Shown: positions 60,289 to 64,000 of the stretch, in pieces
How the letters are laid out: every line of letters begins with the position of its first letter
Position numbering within the stretch: the stretch's first letter is position 1
DNA from: Obrimoposthia wandeli
Lineage: Eukaryota
Assembly (NCBI GenBank): GCA_977020255.1
Contig: CDROCS010002027.1
Span: 186,001 to 250,000 of the forward strand
Length of the DNA stretch: 64,000 bases
Direction: 5' to 3'
The notes under the pieces: model-generated
Seen by the model: the letters and a program-made list of their open reading frames with translations, nothing else
Database searches by the model: none
Told to the model about the DNA's origin: nothing
Position numbers and translations under genes: made by a program

Positions 60289-61689
60289 ATGAGCCAATAT
60301 TTATACACACAACTTGCACAACTATTGCGTAATAAAATAAGTAACGGACAGCTGCACGTTTTTAGTAAATTACCCTCAATTAGAGAAATGTGTCGTTTAC
60401 ATAATGTTTCAAAATCAACCGTACTCACTGCGTACGCCCACTTAGAAGCTGAAGGATTAATTGAAGCGAGGGCTAAATCTGGATACTACGTTACGAAGCC
60501 ACCAAACCCTTTAAAAAAACCAGATATCAGTCAACCTGACTCAGCACCTAGACTTATCTCAAGTACCCAAGTGATTGTCGACATGATGCGCAGAGGCGCT
60601 GCTTTTGATTTATTACCTAATAGTAAAACAGACCCTTATAATGAACAATTAAGACACGCTTTAACAAAAACATTACGTCACCAAAACAGTAGTGAACAAC
60701 TATATTATGACCAACCCCAAGGAAACAAATTTTTACGCGCACAACTAGCCCACTGTATCAATCATGGAGCTGGGCAAGTAAGCCAAGATGAGGTTATTAT
60801 TACTAACGGTTGTCAACATTCACTGCTGTTAGCTTTGATGGCATCGACAGAACCAAATGACGTAGTTGCCATTGAATCCCCTGGATTTTACGGCGCATTG
60901 CAATTATTAGAAGCACTGGGGCGTAAAGTTTTAGAAATACCCAGCTCTGCTGATCAAGGCATTAGCTTGGACGCACTCAAACTAGCCGCCAATCATTGGG
61001 ATATAAAAGCCTTAATCGTTTCTCCTAGCTTTGCGACTCCAACCGGTTCGTGTATGTCTGAGCAACAAAAAGAGCAATTATTAGCCTTAGCTGAAATGCA
61101 AAATTTTGTCATTATTGAAGATGATATATACGCAGAACTTCACTATGACATACAAAGACCAAGAACAATTTATTCTTATGACACCCGAGGTTTTGTAATC
61201 CTTTGTTCTTCTCTTTCAAAGATACTCTCGCGAGACTTACGCATTGGCTGGATCGTATCATCTAAATACCACCAGCAACTTCTGGCATTAAAAATAGCCA
61301 CTTCTATGTCCAACAGTGTCAGCCAGCAAGAAGGTGTTGCGCTTTTTATTGCCAAAGGAGGTCTAGATAAACATTTAAAGTTGCGCAGACTGCTGCTCAG
61401 AAAACAAAAAGAGCAGTTACAAACGCTTATGATTAATCACTTACCCCTGGCGGTAAGTGCCAGCCAGCCTAAAGGTGGCATGGTAATCTGGTTGGAACTG
61501 GATTCCAAAATCAATACGTTAACTTTGTACCACCAAGCTCGAGAAATAGGCTTAACAATTACCCCCGGCAGCTTATTCAGCGCGCAAGATACTTATCAGC
61601 ACTACCTTCGACTTAGCTTTGCGCACCCTTGGACAGATACGCGACAACAAGCTTTTAAACAACTTGCTAAGCTAATTCACCAATATTGA
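60289..61689 (+). CDS. MocR/GntR PLP-dependent transcriptional regulator
   Basis: wHTH KLPSIR...VSKSTV..AY..LE..G, aminotransferase IEDDIY, SLSK..LRIGW. Confidence 0.93.
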   Translation: MSQYLYTQLAQLLRNKISNGQLHVFSKLPSIREMCRLHNVSKSTVLTAYAHLEAEGLIEARAKSGYYVTKPPNPLKKPDISQPDSAPRLISSTQVIVDMMRRGAAFDLLPNSKTDPYNEQLRHALTKTLRHQNSSEQLYYDQPQGNKFLRAQLAHCINHGAGQVSQDEVIITNGCQHSLLLALMASTEPNDVVAIESPGFYGALQLLEALGRKVLEIPSSADQGISLDALKLAANHWDIKALIVSPSFATPTGSCMSEQQKEQLLALAEMQNFVIIEDDIYAELHYDIQRPRTIYSYDTRGFVILCSSLSKILSRDLRIGWIVSSKYHQQLLALKIATSMSNSVSQQEGVALFIAKGGLDKHLKLRRLLLRKQKEQLQTLMINHLPLAVSASQPKGGMVIWLELDSKINTLTLYHQAREIGLTITPGSLFSAQDTYQHYLRLSFAHPWTDTRQQAFKQLAKLIHQY

Positions 61690-61754
61690 TAATCCGCGAG
61701 TGCCTCGCAAGCCCCTTCATTAATTTTTTTATTTTTAAGCTAAAAAATTACTTA

Positions 61755-61913
61755 GTTCCCATCCTGAAATGAGCTTGTCGCAAGAGCGTCTCAATGATCC
61801 AAGATACGTACTACTAGATATGGGCGTTTGGTTGTTCCAAACATCTAGATCTAGTAGCGAGTAGATTGAGTTAGTGAGGCGTTCTCAGTAGACATCCGTT
61901 TCTGGACGGGCAC
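61755..61913 (-). mobile_element. MITE family A, copy 5 (159 bp, TSD TACTTA)
   Basis: TACTTA at 61749-61754 and 61914-61919. Confidence 0.88.
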
Positions 61914-62347
61914 TACTTAGCAAACAGTTCTTTTTCTATATCTCTAAACCCTTTAAATTCAAGCGCATTGCCTGAAGGATCAGAAAAAAACATAGTACCT
62001 TGCTCTCCTACTTCACCAGCAAAACGCACATAAGGTTCTATAATAAAGTCATCGACAAACTCTTGAGCGCGTTTAGCAAAAACTTCCCAATCATCAAATT
62101 GCAACACCACTCCAAAGTGCGGTACAGGCACAGCATGCCCATCGACGCCATTGCTGATGGAAGCTATTTTACCTTCTTTGCCTAGAGATGGATTTAAATG
62201 CGTTACAAATTGATGTCCGAACATATCAAAATCAATCCATTGATCACTACTACGTCCTTCACTAAAGCCCATTTTTTTACCATAAAACTCTCTAGCTTCT
62301 TCAATATCTCTGACTTGTACTGCTAAGTGAAAAGGTGTTAATTTCAT
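61913..62347 (-). CDS. VOC/glyoxalase family protein
   Basis: [36 protein letters not shown]. Confidence 0.9.
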   Translation of the reverse strand: MKLTPFHLAVQVRDIEEAREFYGKKMGFSEGRSSDQWIDFDMFGHQFVTHLNPSLGKEGKIASISNGVDGHAVPVPHFGVVLQFDDWEVFAKRAQEFVDDFIIEPYVRFAGEVGEQGTMFFSDPSGNALEFKGFRDIEKELFAK

Positions 62348-62348
62348 A

Positions 62349-63560
62349 CTACTTTCTCTCTAATTTACTGGTGGCTTTCGTTTTGTACATTCTCTTATCG
62401 GCTAACACATAACATTGCTGGATATTACCTTCAACTTCGCTTAAATTTGCAAAGCCTATACTCGCGCTTACCTTTTGTTCTAGCATCAGTGATAGTTGGC
62501 GTTGTGACTCGACAAATTGCTTTTCGATCCTCTGTAAACTCTCTGCACTAGAGTTTGGTAGTAACAAAGCAAATTCATCCCCACCTAAACGAAAGGAGCA
62601 ATCTGTTGTTCTACCTAATTTAGAGAACTCTGTTGCAAATAGTCGCAGTAACAAATCGCCTTTGGGATGGCCAAAGCTATCGTTATAATTTTTAAAATCG
62701 TTTAAATCAATGATGCCAATACTGGTATCTTGCTCACTCACTATATAGTTTAACGATGCTTGGCTGCACATTTTTTCAAACGATGTACGGTTTTGTAGCT
62801 GAGTTAAACTATCAATATTGGCTAAATCAACCGCATTTTTAAGCGCACTTTGTGCATGCACTAAGAGCAAATTTGAAGAGATAGCTAAAGACGCTAGCTT
62901 TATAATATCTTCCATAAACTTATAATCAACGTCATTCGAATCATGCATACACATGACATGACCGATGGGTTGTTGATCTTTACCGTAGTAAACTAACCCC
63001 GCATAGGCTTTAGCACCTAACTCTCTCAACATCTCATTTTCTGTAAATGAGGCTGCTACATCTGTAAATAAAGTGAATTTTTTATTACGAACCATCACTT
63101 CACATGGAGTATTCTCCAAAAGATAATTTTCACCTGCCATATGTTGATCAGTATTCCAAAATGAAATGACTTCCACAGTACTGGAATCAATAAAACGAGT
63201 GACAAAAACCCAACGCCAGCCACTAATTTCGTTAATAGTTTCTACTATGGAGTGAAAAATATTATTACTATTGCTAATTTTACTAAGCATTTTTGCAAGG
63301 AGCCCATCACTTTGCCTTGAAAGAAGAGCCTTTCTGTCAACATAAATAACGCGATTGCCCTGGACTTCTTTAACACGGATATTATAGCCGTCTTCATAAC
63401 TATCCTGATGTCTATTGAGTAGTTGTTGCTTAAAGCGCTCATTAAGGTTTGAAAAGATGTTATTTTCATAAATGAGCATACCACTAGTATCAATTACCGC
63501 CACACCCTCTGAGCTGTCTTCTAGTATTTCTATTAAACCTAATTTGTCAATATTCAACAT
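62349..63560 (-). CDS. PAS-like/GAF/GGDEF diguanylate cyclase
   Basis: NTPCE GAF motif, [31 protein letters not shown]. Confidence 0.9.
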   Translation of the reverse strand: MLNIDKLGLIEILEDSSEGVAVIDTSGMLIYENNIFSNLNERFKQQLLNRHQDSYEDGYNIRVKEVQGNRVIYVDRKALLSRQSDGLLAKMLSKISNSNNIFHSIVETINEISGWRWVFVTRFIDSSTVEVISFWNTDQHMAGENYLLENTPCEVMVRNKKFTLFTDVAASFTENEMLRELGAKAYAGLVYYGKDQQPIGHVMCMHDSNDVDYKFMEDIIKLASLAISSNLLLVHAQSALKNAVDLANIDSLTQLQNRTSFEKMCSQASLNYIVSEQDTSIGIIDLNDFKNYNDSFGHPKGDLLLRLFATEFSKLGRTTDCSFRLGGDEFALLLPNSSAESLQRIEKQFVESQRQLSLMLEQKVSASIGFANLSEVEGNIQQCYVLADKRMYKTKATSKLERK

Positions 63561-63826
63561 TTTCGCCTCACTATTTTGGCAACAATCGAAGCTGCAACTT
63601 AGACTTCCAACTAAAGTTTATTCATTAAAAATATAACTAAATAGCGAACATATAAACTGAATATTTCACAGTTATGTCTATTTTTTGTAATGTATTTGGT
63701 ATTACTTTAAATTAATTATGAACATTCTAGCATTCCTTGTATTTAATATTAAATAATCTATGCTAATTCAGTTGCTCAATAACTTAAAGGAAATCGCTTT
63801 TTTTACTATCCATCTTAAGGCGTTAT

Positions 63827-64000
63827 ATGACCAAAGTATTATCTGTCAGCAAGAGTAATCGACATGATTTCTCTAAGGAAACCTCAGCATTTATTAAATT
63901 AGCGAAAGGTTTAGGCGTTATAGGTGACACGCACTTAGGCGTTACGGTGCAACACCGATCTAGATTAAAAAAAGACCCTACATTGCCTAATCTTCGACAA
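63827..64000 (+). CDS. MOSC-domain protein, N-terminal part (runs off the window)
   Basis: MTKVLSVS...H.FSK...LGV.GDTH.GVTVQHRSR...DPT.PNLRQ. Confidence 0.8.
   Translation, partial: MTKVLSVSKSNRHDFSKETSAFIKLAKGLGVIGDTHLGVTVQHRSRLKKDPTLPNLRQ

Noticed and set aside
876-63493. The many 60-190 aa ORFs antisense to or nested in well-supported genes
   Set aside because: Shadow ORFs without motifs or ribosome-binding sites.

Overview
64 kb of AT-rich bacterial chromosome, most likely a marine gammaproteobacterium (inferred from gene content and cbb3 synteny). The left part is mostly housekeeping: proQ, tusA, the complete cbb3 oxidase cluster ccoNOQP-ccoGHIS, a nucleosidase, rdgC, ggt, rarD, an FKBP and class I aldolase. 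The right part is accessory and transport-rich: three ABC systems including a Zur-boxed Zrg-type zinc cluster, an enlarged TRAP system, an MCP, two GGDEF proteins, LysR/TetR/MocR regulators and a second ccoG. I found no rRNA, tRNA, CRISPR array, integrase or transposase. The structure the ORF track misses is intergenic. (1) Three distinct non-autonomous MITE-like families with exact target-site duplications (TSDs): five 157-159 bp copies with a 6-bp TAANTA duplication; two 153-154 bp copies with 9-bp duplications and IHF-consensus sites 33-45 bp inside the ends; and one 277 bp IS5-like element with a CTAA duplication. (2) A His-rich upstream ORF ending in RGPP, a candidate arrest peptide, between a Zur box and zrgA. 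(3) A decayed copy of an MCP 3' end plus flank that brackets about 6 kb of accessory genes. (4) A ParB-like gene broken by a 1-nt deletion. (5) A relic REC/HD-GYP gene. All coordinates were read by eye; no database searches were run.
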